Positions 12,891 through 25,260 of a stretch of 64,000 bases of DNA are shown here, piece by piece. Made by a program: the position numbers and the translations under genes. A model generated the notes under the pieces. The model worked only from the letters and a program-made list of their open reading frames with translations, did no database searches and was not told the DNA's origin. The DNA is taken from the NCBI GenBank assembly GCA_964252035.1, contig OZ176203.1; one strand, given 5' to 3'. The DNA is from Podarcis erhardii (taxonomy: Eukaryota). Every line of letters begins with the position of its first letter. The first letter of the stretch is position 1.

Positions 12891-13147
12891 AAGAAGAGGA
12901 GGAGGAGGAGGAGTTTGGATTTGATATCCTGCTTTATCAATACCCAAAGGAGTCTCAAAGCGGCTAACATTCTCCTTTCCCTTCCTCCTCCACAACAAAC
13001 ACTCTGTGAGGTGATTGAGGCTGAGAGACTTCAGAGAAGTATGACTAGCCCAAGGTCACCCAGCAGCTGCATGTGGAGGAGCGGGGAAGCAAACCCGGTT
13101 CACCAGATTATGAGTCTACAGCTCTTAACCACTACACCACACTGGCT
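12891..13147 (-). mobile_element. MIR/Ther1-derived SINE (Squam3-like), full length
   Basis: Minus strand reads agccagtgtggtgtagtggttaagagc (A box), then a B-box-like segment, gctgggtgaccttgggctagtca (CORE-like), an L2-type 3' end and a (CTC/TTC)n tail. Confidence 0.85.
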
Positions 13148-14401
13148 GCAGAAGGAGGAGCTGCAGTGCACGTAAACAGTTCACATCAGCCCGTGTGTTG
13201 AGTTGCTGACAATTAAGTAGCAACATGTCTGTACGGTACCTGCTTGCTCCTCTAGGTCATGTGCTTGTGGGGCCTGTTAGCTTTGCCTACCCTTATAAGG
13301 GAGGCATGAGAATTTAAGAGAGCTGATTGAAAGCTGTTAGCTTTGCCATCTCTGGGAATACACAATCCAGACAGGCGGTTAGCTGTCCACTGTTACAGAG
13401 TTGTTCCTGTGTGTTCGCTTGTGGGTTGTGACTGCTTGTGCATGAAGATTTGGCTTCAGATGGTGCCAGTTGGTCCATTGTACCTACAGAGTTGTGGTAC
13501 AAGCCTTGACATGTGGAGAAGTGTGCATGCAATTACCCCACCCACTTTTATCATATTTCTCTTGGCAATGGAACCTTCAAATTTTTTGGCTCATATGAGC
13601 TTTTCCTGCTCTTTTTTTTGTATATATCTGACCTGGGGGTGAGGATGGTTCAACATCATAATGGATGCTTGTGACAGACAAAGGAGAATGAAACATTCTT
13701 CTGGTTCCTAAACCCACCCTTTAGTCTGCATGCAGTTTTAAATGATTACATAAATATTATTATCACCTAAAAACAGAGTTTTTCCAGAAAGTCAAATGAA
13801 AAGTTTATCCTTTAAGCTTTGAGGTGACCTAGAAAGCTACTACAGAAAATGCTGCATGCAAAATTAATGTTTTCTTTGCTCTATTATTAATAGACAACAC
13901 AGCAAGAAAATAAAACTTATCACAATTGAAATGCTGTGGGTTACATGGGAAAGCAACTACTGAAGAAAGTGAGCCTTTTTTATAAAATGTCAAATCCAGA
14001 GTAGTTCAAGAATCATTTGCTTCTTATTCCCATGTGATGGTTGCAAATCAAGAAGATGGGGTGCAGATAGCCTCTTGACAAGACATGGAAGATAGAACAG
14101 ACTTCTCTGTCTCCTGTTTTGGACTCCCATCAGCAGCAAACACCTGGAAACCTCAGACTGGGGAAGCCTGATCTAGATGCACATTGTTTCCACTTCAGGT
14201 GAACCTCTAATTCAGAAAGCTAGCCAATGTGCCACATTTCAATGTGATGCGCTCCACCTCCAAAATCACCCAAAGTTGCAAATATTTATCCTTGTTCCTT
14301 TTCTCTGAATGCTTGATTAGAAATGCTGTTTGAAAAGCAATGCTGAACTTCCACACATTTTCTCATTGTTTAATTGGGTTTCAGCTAACTTAACTATTTA
14401 T

Positions 14402-14950
14402 AAATAATAATAATAATAATTTATTTATACCCCGCCCTCCCTAGCCAAGACCAGGCTCAGGGCAGCTAACAACCAATAATAAAAACAAGTTGATTAAAAT
14501 ACAATTTGAAAGATTAAGATACAACATTAAAACAATTAGGGAGCAATCTCTTCATAGGAGGAGAAAGGAAAAAGAAAGAGGGGGAGGGAATCAAACTCAT
14601 TCTGAGTCAAAGGCCAGGTGGAAAAACTCTGTCTTAGAGGCCCTGCAGAAAGAGATCAGATCCCGCAGGGCCCTGGTCTCAATAGACAGAGCATTCCACC
14701 AGGCTGGAGCCAGTGTTGAGAAGGCCCGGGCTCTGGTTGAGGCTAATCTAACTTCCTTAGGGCCCGGGACCTCTGGGGTGTTGCTATATATGGACCTTAA
14801 GGTCCTCTGTGGGGCATACCAGGAGAGGCGGTCCCGTAGGTACGAGGGTCCTAAGCCATGAAGGGCTTTAAAAGTCAAAACCAGCACCTTAAATCTGACC
14901 CTGTACTCCATCGGGAGCCAGTGCAACTGGAAAAGCACTGAGTGAATATG
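14402..14950 (-). mobile_element. L2 LINE 3' fragment (ORF2 C-terminus, 3' UTR, (TAA)n tail)
   Basis: ORF 14597-14938 reads LHWLPMEYRVRFKVLVLTFKALHGLGPSYLRDRL...RAFSTLAPAWWNAL, the L2 ORF2 C-terminus. Confidence 0.92.
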
Positions 14951-15516
14951 CTCCCTTAGGAATAAGAAAGGCTTCTAAGTTAAGGCAGGAGAAGTACTAG
15001 TAATTTAAAATGTCAGAAGCTTGAGTTCATGGAGGTTTGGATATGATCTGCCACACAAATTATGATCCGCAACATGAATCTCCACCCTGCCTGCACAGCG
15101 GCTGGGGTTTCCTCCCTCACACATCTATTCTTGGAACTGCTGAGGGAAAGTTTGTTCTACTTGTATAGAATAAATATGTTGGAATTTATTTAATTAAGTT
15201 AAATGTAATGCTGAAGCAATTGTTTAGAATTTAGGTGTGCTTAGCTAATTTTTATTGACTCTTTGCTTTCACAGTGCCACTAGTCATAGCAGCATAGCTA
15301 CATGTTGAGTCCAGCTTCTGCTTGAGGGAAATTTAGGAACATGAAAAAGGGGGAAAGGAAACCGATTGATTATACTTCTTAGTATATAATGGGTAAGCTT
15401 GTAAAACAGCCTAAGGAAAAGCTCACTAAATAATGATAGGGTTTTGGATGTGTAAGTTATTTAGCTGCATCACAAATGGAAAAACATATACGTGCATTAT
15501 TGGCAAAACCTATTGG

Positions 15517-15988
15517 TGTTTCGCAACTTTCCAACTAGTTGCAGGACCTTAGCCAGACCTAGCAGAGTAAACGCAGAATCCACAGAGCAATTGGTGACTT
15601 GGCTGCAGACAGGATAGACGAAGCAGGAACCAGGAACTTGTAGTTAGGTGTTTATTATATACAGTGGACTATTTACAGGAACAGAACACGGATCTTTAGC
15701 TTGCTCTCCTATACACGACTCACAACTTCTACACTGACACACAGAACTACTGAACCTCTGAACTAATGAACTAACACATTCCAGTTAGTAGGCCATTAAT
15801 TATCACTCCCTTGAGGGAGCTTGACAAATCAGGGAGCTGTCTCCATGTCTCTGTTATCACCAGGCAGACTTACTCCTTCAGATTGCCTTCTGGCTGTCTG
15901 CCAAACCTTAATTGACTGTGTTGAGTAGCTGCACGTACACAGTTTCCCAGCATGCATCTCTATCCCTAGTTGTGCACTGGAAAATACA
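15517..15988 (-). mobile_element. Probable solo LTR
   Basis: TGTTT...AATACA termini and AATAAA on the minus strand near 15652. The TSD is imperfect. Confidence 0.5.
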
Positions 15989-16159
15989 TGGGATGGTTTA
16001 AACCAGTTATGGGGAGAAGTGTGTGTGCTTGTCAGGTGCACATCAAATCTTTCTGCCTGAACGTGTGCACAAATCTTCTCAATACCAGGAACTTAGCATC
16101 ATCAAAACTGCTTTTTGAATTCCATTCTGTCCACATCATCCTGGCTAATATTTTCACAA

Positions 16160-16413
16160 TTTAGAAAAGGATTTGGACAAATTTGTTGAGAATACAGCTA
16201 TCAATGGCTAGTAACCATGATGTACTCTGCCGCCACAGTTGGAGGCAACAATGCTTCAGAAAACCAGTTGCTGGAAGCCAGAGGAAGGGAGAATGCTCTT
16301 GTGGTCAGGTTCTGCTTGCCAGTTTACTACAACAATCTGGTTCGCCACTGTGAGAACAGGGTGCTGGACAAGACTGGCGAGTGGCCTGGTAAGCAAACTC
16401 TTCATGTGTTCTT
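16160..16413 (+). mobile_element. CR1 LINE 3' end
   Basis: ttggacaaatt...gctatcaatggcta...ctggttcgccactgtgagaacagggtgctggac. Similar to 18283 and 53135. Confidence 0.75.
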
Positions 16414-17974
16414 GAGTTCAGAGCTCCCAACAACAAAGAGTCTTGTTAAGTGTGTTCATTCAAACACTTTCATAGGCTCTCTTCTGATTTTGCCACTCTC
16501 CATAAAAAAAAGTTGGGCTTGGAGCAGGCACTTCTGATGTATGTGGGGACAGTGGAGATGTGACTGGCATGTGCATGCCTACTCCTTTCTGCCCCAGCCT
16601 CATGTGTTCAAATGAATAGGGCTTGCGTACTTTAATGGAATGTAGTCAGAAGCTTGAAGGCCTTCCATTAAGGACAGAAATGGGAATCAGTGTACCATTA
16701 CTCACTTTCCAAAACTGAATCAAAATGCATTTTATACAACCATATGAATTTTGTCACCCTCCTTCTTATTCTGTTTTCTATCCTCAGGAAGTACCTGCTT
16801 TAACTTTTTAATTTATTGTGGCATGCACGTGGTCTCATTTGGGCTTAGGGATAGTGCTTGCTCTTGGTGATTTATCACTGGCAGTTGAAAAAACAAAAAC
16901 ACAGCAACTGGTTTAGCAGATTTGAACTTCACAACTGATGTTATTTGGATGGTCCCCACTAGTATTACTGCAGCATTTTCTAGCAGTTCTCAGTACCTGC
17001 TTGCCCAAAGAGTTACTTAACCTAGTTGACAACAAAGAGAAATGTTAAAATAAAGTCAAAGGTTCTGCTTATTTACTATGGATCATCTATCATAGGAGCT
17101 TTCCCTCCACTGGGTGATACATCACAATAAATAATGGAAGAAAGTTCAGATGTAAGTTTTGAGATGCATAAGAACTGTAAAACAAGCAAGTGGTCAAATA
17201 GATTTTTGTGTGCAACTGTTCACAATGCCATGAAATTAATCTGTACAAGTAGCTGGAGTAAAATGTTGAAAATGTTATCTTGTATTGATTAATAAGGCAC
17301 CCTAAGTCCCTCATAAGACAATATAACACTGTGCAGGTTTATCGTCCTCGAATATACACTTCTCCTAGTCTAGAGTTGCTACCTTTCAATCTGTGTGCTT
17401 AATCGAAAGTGCTGTTTTATTCTTCTGAGAGGATCTAAAAAGAACCAATTGGTCTTTTATTGTCCCCCCACCCCGTTGTAATCTGTTTGTTTAATAGGTT
17501 TTCTTTATTAGAAAGAGAATAAGCAATGAGAAGGGACATTTATTGCAGCATAGTTTAGATGAGGCCATTGATTTGTTTTATTCTTGGATCATTAAGTTTA
17601 TTATTATTGTTATCCATTTCTGTTTTAACTTTAAGTAGGCAGAGTTCTCTACTTTGAACTTTTACTTTTAGTCAATAACTTCCATTCAATATAACTTCAT
17701 GGCATATAACTAAGACATATCAGCAGCAATCTCCATTCTAATTGCACTGGAGTAGTCCTGCTGGCATTGCTAGGACTACTTCAAAGTAAGAAGTTGCAAT
17801 ATTGCTGCCTGCTCCACATGAACAATGATTAAATATTTTTTAAAGAAATAAATAGTGAGATCAGCAAATCAAACACAAACGAGACATGTGTAATGAAAAA
17901 TTCAATATCCTACAAGTGCCCTAATACTTATTCAAGATTACCGCACATATTTCAGTTATGAGAGCAGAACTTAC

Positions 17975-18000
17975 CTTTTGCATGACAAAAGCAATTAGAA
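17975..18000 (-). other. Candidate 26-nt exon of an unidentified gene
   Basis: Acceptor catttctctttttgtatttag and consensus donor AAG|gtaagt. Two frames are open (LIAFVMQK or SNCFCHAK). No homology recognised. Confidence 0.3.
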
Positions 18001-18282
18001 CTAAATACAAAAAGAGAAATGTAAAATTAAGCTGTGCTTTTCATGCCCATTCTGTGAAACATGTTCTGTCTGAAACCATCATAGATAGTCCCTGTCTGTG
18101 GGCAAATCGCAAACCGCATAATGTTCTGGAAGCATGACAGGAAGAAATGTGTATGTTATTATTATTTTGTTTTTACACATCTTCCTATAAGAAATCAGTG
18201 ACCATTTAAGTAGGGGCACTGAACTTAATGGTTGTAAGTTCCTCACAGTCATTTTGTCTGAAAAGAACTTACTGTTTTTGGC

Positions 18283-18393
18283 CTGTTTGTAGGCTTCCCA
18301 TATGTACCTGATTTGGGCCCCTGTGAGAAACAGACACTGGCCAAGATGGACCTTTGGCCTGATCCAATAGACCTTTTCTTTTGTTCATGTTCT
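18283..18393 (+). mobile_element. CR1 3' fragment
   Basis: cctgtttgtaggcttcccata...ctgtgagaaacag...gatggacctttggcctgatcca aligns by eye with 16160 and 53135. Confidence 0.7.
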
Positions 18394-19516
18394 CTCATAG
18401 CCATGTGAAGCATTTTAGAAAAATAGGCTTCCCCTCCAGTGATGGATGCATCTTTCTCAATCTCCACCTGATTTTGCATGTTCAGGAGAGATCTCAGCAG
18501 GACCTCCCTTGCTTGTCAGATGCTATCTTGTGGAGATTTATGCAGTGTGAAGGTAGGAGAGAAGTAAACAGGAATTCTCCGGCTCAGATTTTAATCCAAA
18601 TTTGAGAAGTTTGCAGTGCTCACCCCTACTTTGAGTGATTCTTATAAAGTAGATAGGAATCACTGGGTGGAAAAAGTAAATAACGATATTAAATATGACA
18701 GATAAATAAAATTGAACTAAAAATGAGAAACACACAGCCCTCTTCCCTTTGAGATGAAATCATAAGGAAATACTTACGAATTGTAATGAATATATCAAAC
18801 TTATCACAACTGGTTTAAGAAATATATCTGAAAAATATTTGCTGGATTTGAATAAGTCATAATATAAAATAGCAAAAATAGTTATAACTTTCCATACATA
18901 AGGCTGAAATTCCAAAGTTAAACAAACCTCTCACCTTTCATTTTTCTCTTCCCCATTCTTTCTCCAAAACCTGAGTTTCTCATGCATACTCATGCATACA
19001 GCACTTATCTCAGATTTCACCCCTGCAGGTGAATTCCTCCTTCAGGCAACCATCCACTGTCATTAAGAAAGTTAGCATCCTGTTATTAAAGCCCTGACCT
19101 TAAGGCATCTTGCAACCCTTAGCCAGTTTCATAACAATGTATTGTATTTTCAGCAAATGATGATGCTATATGCCTGGCTATGGAAAATTTTCCAGTTCAG
19201 TGTATATAGACAAAGCATGTTAAAAGAAACTAAACCAGGGGGTGGGAGGAGATGTATCTTGATGTTAGTTGTGGTGGTAACATAAGTGGAAGACATTCTT
19301 ACTCATTTAAGGATTCTAAAGAGTTATATGCAAAACTGATTCTTGGCTGAGCATTTTGGAAAGGCAAAGCCTTACATGTACTCACAATAAACTCACTGTG
19401 TGTTGGTTTACAGTTTGGTGATGTTTTCCTGTGATGCCCACATAAGCCATAGCCATAGCTATAGCTATAGAAGCCATAGCTACACTGCTTTGCACTACTG
19501 TGATGCTTTTGTTTAC

Positions 19517-19648
19517 ACTAGGAATGGTGAACCTGTGGCTGTCCAGATGTTATTGAGCTCCCACTATACCTGGTCATTTACCATGCTGGTTGGGGCTGAT
19601 GGGAATTAAAGTCTAACAGAAGATGCAGGGCCACAGGTTTTCCCATTT
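19517..19648. mobile_element. Degenerate palindromic MITE (same group as 3159)
   Basis: aacctgtggctgtccagatgtt...gctgatggga...cagggccacaggtt. Confidence 0.6.
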
Positions 19649-20816
19649 CATGCTTATGCAAATCGGGGTAACCTCATACAGTAAAACAAGGCAAATGGTA
19701 CACATACATACAAAATTGATACAAACTCCAAAAGTTGCAGGAAATAGCATTCCAGTTTGCCGTTTGGTAAATGACCCTGCAAAATTGGTGAGCAAGTTTT
19801 GGCCCAGCGTTTCAAATAACCTCACATTTTAAGAATCATTGGCAAAAGGACAGACAGTGTGTGCTTGCATCATTCAGTGGTGTGTTGCATGACTGCAGTG
19901 TGGAGAGCAACCAAAGAGGTAAGGGTCAAAGTCGGGCTTTAATACAATGGTAATGTCAAATGGAACATGGGACAGCTCACAGACTTGCTGAGAAAGCTTT
20001 CCCAATATCCTGTTTCAGTAATGGATTGGCTTTTGACTATTATAACGTACTGGAGAACAGACACTTACTATGGGCACTTCAATAGGATAATGATAGATAA
20101 ATTCCCGGTGATGAATTCTTTTCCTATGGTGTGCTGTAAATAATCAGGTATATTTTAGACACAAAGATGAGAACAAGCCATTTGTTAAATGGCTTTTGAA
20201 TTGGTGCTGTCCATTAAATGCATGTAGGCTTCCTTTCAAGTGTTCATTTGAAAAGAACTGAGTGCTCCTGTTACATATAAAAATGATAATAAAGGATGGC
20301 ATAACCTCTCTGCAGCTGGGATCCTCCCTCTCTAGTGATGGAACCAAATAATGTGATTGTTATGCTAGGCCAACATCTCCATCAGAGCAAAGTGGCGTCT
20401 GAAATGTTTCCTCTGTCTGATTCTGTAAGCATTAGGAATGCTCCATTGGACACTGGACAACAAATTAAACTGTGTCCTTGACACATATAGATTCAATGTT
20501 TTTGACTTACAGCATATTCATTTGATCCTACGTTGTGCTGAAGCAACTTTGCCAGTTCACATTTCAACAGTTATAAGGAATGAAAAGAATATATCTTAAG
20601 AAAGGATAAAAACTAATGGTGTGTCAAACCCTGCACATCACTCCATGTGAACGTGACAGTCATTATTCTATTATTTGCATGGGGCTAAGAATGTGGAATA
20701 ATGATCTGGGGTGCCTGTGGGGCTTTTGCTCTTACCTTAGAAAGATTAAGGGATAGTTGAGATGGAGGGGTCTTCTCATAAAACTGATTGGCACATATTC
20801 AGTACAGGCTAGTATT

Positions 20817-20818
<2 letters not shown>

Positions 20819-20848
<30 letters not shown>
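20819..20848. repeat. (TC)n microsatellite
   Basis: Directly visible. Confidence 0.95.
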
Positions 20849-20851
<3 letters not shown>

Positions 20852-20968
20852 CATTTTGCAGTTCAGTGCACCACATTTTGGCATTATATTTTTAAAAATT
20901 TCTCAGAAAAAATTAATTAGCATTTTAGTACACATTTCTCCTAATATGCAAATTTATGCATGCAGGTA

Positions 20969-21176
20969 CAGTGGTACCTCTGGTTATGAACTTAATTCAT
21001 TCTGGAGGTCCGTTCTTAACCTGAGGTTAACTTTAGCTAATGGGGCCTCCTGCTGCTGCCGTGCTGCCAGTGCACAATTTCTGTTCTCATCCTGAGGAAA
21101 AGTTCTTAACCCGAGGTACTACTTCCAGGTTAGTGGAGTTTGTAACCCGAGGTGTTTGTAACCCGAGGCACCACTG
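20969..21176 (+). mobile_element. Tc1/Mariner-type MITE
   Basis: TA|CAGTGGTACCTC...GAGGCACCACTG|TA: TIRs plus a TA TSD. Same family as 54584 and 58979. Confidence 0.92.
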
Positions 21177-21590
21177 TATACACCTTTTTACAAGAAATTT
21201 TCCAAATACAATCCATTTCCATGTACTTTCCATGGTTAGAAAGGCTGGAAGATGCTTAGTTTTTGACCTGTGTCCATGTTCACCAGGGCTGATAAAAACT
21301 AGCAGAGTGGACCCCAGTTGGAAAGGATCCTTCACTTCCAGTTTTGTTCCCACTTTACACATGATTTCTACAAGGTTTCAAAGTACCCCTTGATAGGGCT
21401 GTTACGTTTTCCATGTTTGGGAAACTTTAAATATGCAGAAATTGGTTCCATTTTTTTTGCCAGACTGATGGCCACGGGATCACCAACTTCTCATTATTAT
21501 TTTAAATATTAAATAGATATGGAAAATTCTGCATACAAATGTGATAAAACACATATATTTAAGGCATTAAGACCAAAACAATTGCTTCTG

Positions 21591-21891
21591 CACTGGCAGA
21601 GGAACGGGGGTGCGGAGGGAGCGGACCCCCCCTGGCACCACTATTCCGGTAGGGTGCCATCACAGCGGCCCCCCCGGACACATGCTGTGCACCCCTCTGC
21701 ACGCTGGGCACCATGCCCCCACAGGTGGCGCATCATGCCCCCAGGATGCACAACACGCCCCTGAGGGTGCCATGCCACACCCCCAGGATGCACACCATGC
21801 CCCCAGGGTGCGTGTCACACCCCCGGGGGGCACCAGCCATGCCCCCACCTGCTCTCTGCCCCCCGTAGCGGAGCATGCAGCTTCGCCACTG
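21591..21891. mobile_element. GC-rich non-autonomous hAT element with an internal minisatellite
   Basis: Perfect 8-bp TSD TGCTTCTG (21583-21590 / 21892-21899) and imperfect TIRs cactggcagag / cttcgccactg. Confidence 0.88.
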
Positions 21892-22141
21892 TGCTTCTGA
21901 GATATACTTTGTAGATCTGAAGCCTATTGTCATTCATAATCACAGTGACTGAATGAAAAATAAATGGGGTCACTGAGTACTGTAGGAGTACCAGCATCGT
22001 GCATGCTTTGGAAAAAGGACTATGTGTATTCTAAAGATCTCTCTGGTTAAATCATAATCCGCTGTTGCTTATGTTTTTATACAGCTGTAAAAGCATGTTG
22101 CACAAGCATTGGGTGCAATTTGGTGGCAAATTGTACCTCAC

Positions 22142-22188
22142 CTATTAATTCAACTATTGTCTGTTTGCTTCTGAAAAGTATACTTCTC
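22142..22188 (-). other. Candidate 47-nt exon of an unidentified gene
   Basis: Acceptor ccctttttttgttatttcctag and donor TAG|gtgagg. One frame is open (RSILFRSKQTIVELI). Confidence 0.25.
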
Positions 22189-22275
22189 CTAGGAAATAAC
22201 AAAAAAAGGGTGTTAAGTATGAATCACAGAAAAATCTTCCCAACTGAATGGTAGCCCAAACATGTCCCTTTAGAA

Positions 22276-22385
22276 CAGGGCTAGAGGACCTGTGGTCCTC
22301 CAGATGTTGCTGGAATCCAACTTCCATCAGCTTTAGGCAATGGGATGATGAGACAGTTGTAATCTAACAACATCTGAGGGCAACA
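22276..22385. mobile_element. Degenerate palindromic MITE
   Basis: cctgtggtcctccagatgttgctgga...caacatctgaggg. Confidence 0.6.
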
Positions 22386-23774
22386 GAGACTGATTGCTGT
22401 TTTCTCCAGTTAAAGTTTGCTTGTTTCAAAGCAACAGAAGTAGACAGTAGAGATGTAACTCAATTTTAAACCACTTATTCATTTCATTTGTGGAGGCTTT
22501 CCTTTAATTCTGGTTATAGCAGTAACATGAAAGATTTGTATAGGCGATGCAGGATTTTCAGCTTGTGACAACCTATCCAGGCCTTCTTTCCTTCATAGGG
22601 CACACACACTTGGTGTGAGGGTCTTATTTTAAAGTTCAATCAAATTTTACTTCCAAACTCACTTCTTCTCATTATGCAATAAAGCAATCTTGTCTCATTA
22701 TGTGGGAATATGTGACCTATTATGCATTCAAGTGAATTTTTCAAAGGCACTTTGCAATAGATGTGTTGTTCTTTATCGAAGGTAATGTGAAGGTTTTATG
22801 TATGTAAATGCACATCTCTCATAGTAAATGGGCTCACTTTCTCTATGCAATTTTGCACGTGAATCAAATGGATAAACAAAATTAGATCAAAGCAGTACCA
22901 TCATACAACATCATAGGCTGTTCAGCAAGAGGAATATCAAAGTTTATACCACTGTTACATGTTAAACAAACCCTTATGCAGGGGTAAGGAATTTGATCCA
23001 AATATGTCATTGTTAAGTTATTTTTACTCAACATCAATCCATGATTTGTGTGTGCTCTTCCTCAGAGGGAGCAATCCAATGAGGTGAGGACAGCCAATCT
23101 GTGCTGAAAGAAACACAAAATCCCAATGTTGCTTTTTTCACACTAGTTAGGACAGAAAGGGAGGGAGGAGGAGGAAATATGCCAGCTTCAGGACTGATGT
23201 AAATTTCCTTCAGTTCGAGGATTATGCTGGAGGAATGGGGCAATATTTGGGCGCAATATATCTGTAACCCCACGCACACACCTCTGACATGCCCCCTCCA
23301 AAAAACTTTCTCTTTGTCCTTTCCACCATCAGAACTCCAGAAGTGGAGGGTCAAGTGTGGTGGTTAATTCTGCAGGCAGTTGGGAGACAACTTTCAAGGC
23401 AGATTTCCCTCTCTGCCCAAACATAATGATGTTCTGGCCAGCCAATCACTACTGTCCACTTGTGAATGACACATGTGGTTGCAGGGATTGGCCAACAAGA
23501 AGGAACATATCTCTGGAAACAGTTCCAACAGATGATCTAGTTCACTAATGTGTGTGGCTTAAGTACTTATAATTAGAGACAAATATCTGACAAGATGACA
23601 AAACATTAAAGAATAAGAAAGAAAGAATAGTGAGATTTTTAAAGTTCTCAATTTGGTTCTCAATTTTCTATTGTTAAAATACTTTTTAAAAAGTAACTAT
23701 TGGGTCTAAACAATGTGTTGCTGTTATTGTTGTTTTAAAAATATAGTAATATTACCTATCTCCACCATCATCGT

Positions 23775-24066
23775 TCAGCTCTGAGGGCCTTCTGGTGGCT
23801 CCCTCACTACGAGAAGTGAGGTTACAGGGAACCAGACAGAGGGCCTTCTTGGTAGTGGCGCCCGTCCTGTAGAACACCCTCCCATCAGATGTGAAGGAAA
23901 TAAACAACTATCTGAGTTTTAGAAGACATCTGAAGGCAACTCTGTATCAGGAAATGTTTAATGTCTAATGTTTTAGAAAATTTTATGTGCTGTAAGCTGC
24001 CCAGATGAGTGGGGTATACATAATAAAATGAAAAAGTGTTGTTGTTGTTGTCATTATTATTATTAT
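23775..24066 (+). mobile_element. L2 LINE 3' end
   Basis: gagggccttct...cagagggccttcttggtagtggcgccc...ctcccatcagatgt...agaagacatctgaaggca, followed by a simple-repeat tail. Confidence 0.85.
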
Positions 24067-25039
24067 CTGTGATATCCCATTCAAATTTTGTTAACAAATG
24101 TACTTTTTATGTGTACCTTAGCTTTCATGCTGCATTGCATTGCTGAAATCCAGGCTCATTTTCTTAGTGAAACCAATTTTCTTTCCCATTGGGTGGATAA
24201 CTACACCACCCTCCCTTGCTGATGGTTCCTGAAACCCTCCTAGATTGAGAACCATCATGTCCCATGTCCCCTACATCTGTATTCCAATGTCAACCTGAGG
24301 AGGATTAGATTAGCACAAATCACATATTACCTTATTTGAGAATGGGAGTATTCAACACCCTCTTCTACACCCTCATAGCCTACTGGCTTTTCCACCATCC
24401 TCAGATTTCCTTGCAGCTTCTCCTGCTCCACAGCCAGACAGGATCATGTGCCTACAGAATTGGCTATGGGCCTTTAAGGATTACACACAGCTCTGCTAGG
24501 GAGGTGGAGCCACTGGAAAGGAAGTTCCTCCTGGCTACCTTAAGCACTCCATTTGCTGAGACATTTTCTTCAGCTCAGCCAGTGAAGGCTTACCCTTGCT
24601 AACCCTTTTTGATTCCACTGTCCCCGCAAGCCCCAGCCTGGTGGAATAGAAATGGCACTTGCTCCTACCCGCCATGCATTGTGTATCAATGGGTACTGAA
24701 CAACTGAAAAGGACTCAAGTCAAATTCTATCTCTGTAGAAATTAATTTCATACACCCATTGGCTTTAATCCATGACTCATTTAATTCTGCTATTGTATGA
24801 AGCTTCTTTCAAAGAGAATCATCCTTGACAAATTCTCCGTTCACATTCCATGACAGGAATTTGATCTGGAACTAATGGAATTGGGCTCCCAACATGTCTA
24901 GAGGGTGTAATTATTTCGGTATTTTTGATAGTAGAAAAAATTAAGAAGATATATAAGAAATAGCTAAGTAACGGTATCTTGGACTCTGCTTCCTAAAAGC
25001 ATAGCAGACAATTCCCCCTGCCCCCTTTGTACTCGGGAA

Positions 25040-25260
25040 GTTTTTACAGACTGTTTTGGCACAGCTTTGAAATGATGACATTTTGAAATATCCAGAAAAG
25101 ATTGAGACAATAAAGTGCTGCTGAACCAGCAGCAAAATCTGGATGATAAGAAGAAAAATAATATGCTGCTAACCACAAGAATTAAAAGTAAACAAACTTT
25201 ATTCAGAGTAGGCAAGGAAGAGTCAATATTAGATAACAATGGAAATCAAATAGCACTGTC
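25040..25260 (+). mobile_element. Possible highly degenerate L1 ORF2 fragment
   Basis: A-rich broken frame VLLNQQQNLDDKKKNNMLLTTRIKSKQTLFRVGKE, reminiscent of the L1 EN-RT linker. Weak. Confidence 0.25.

Noticed and set aside
17975-22188. Five-exon minus-strand chain translating to RSILFRSKQTIVELIGKEFITGNLSIIILLKCPYCDKFDIFITIRAQIRYIWEAYKQAKNILIAFVMQK
   Set aside because: It needed hand-picked acceptors, the AQIRYIWEAYKQAKN segment lies almost entirely within a CR1 remnant (18283-18393), GTAAGT is not enriched over chance, and no protein is recognised.
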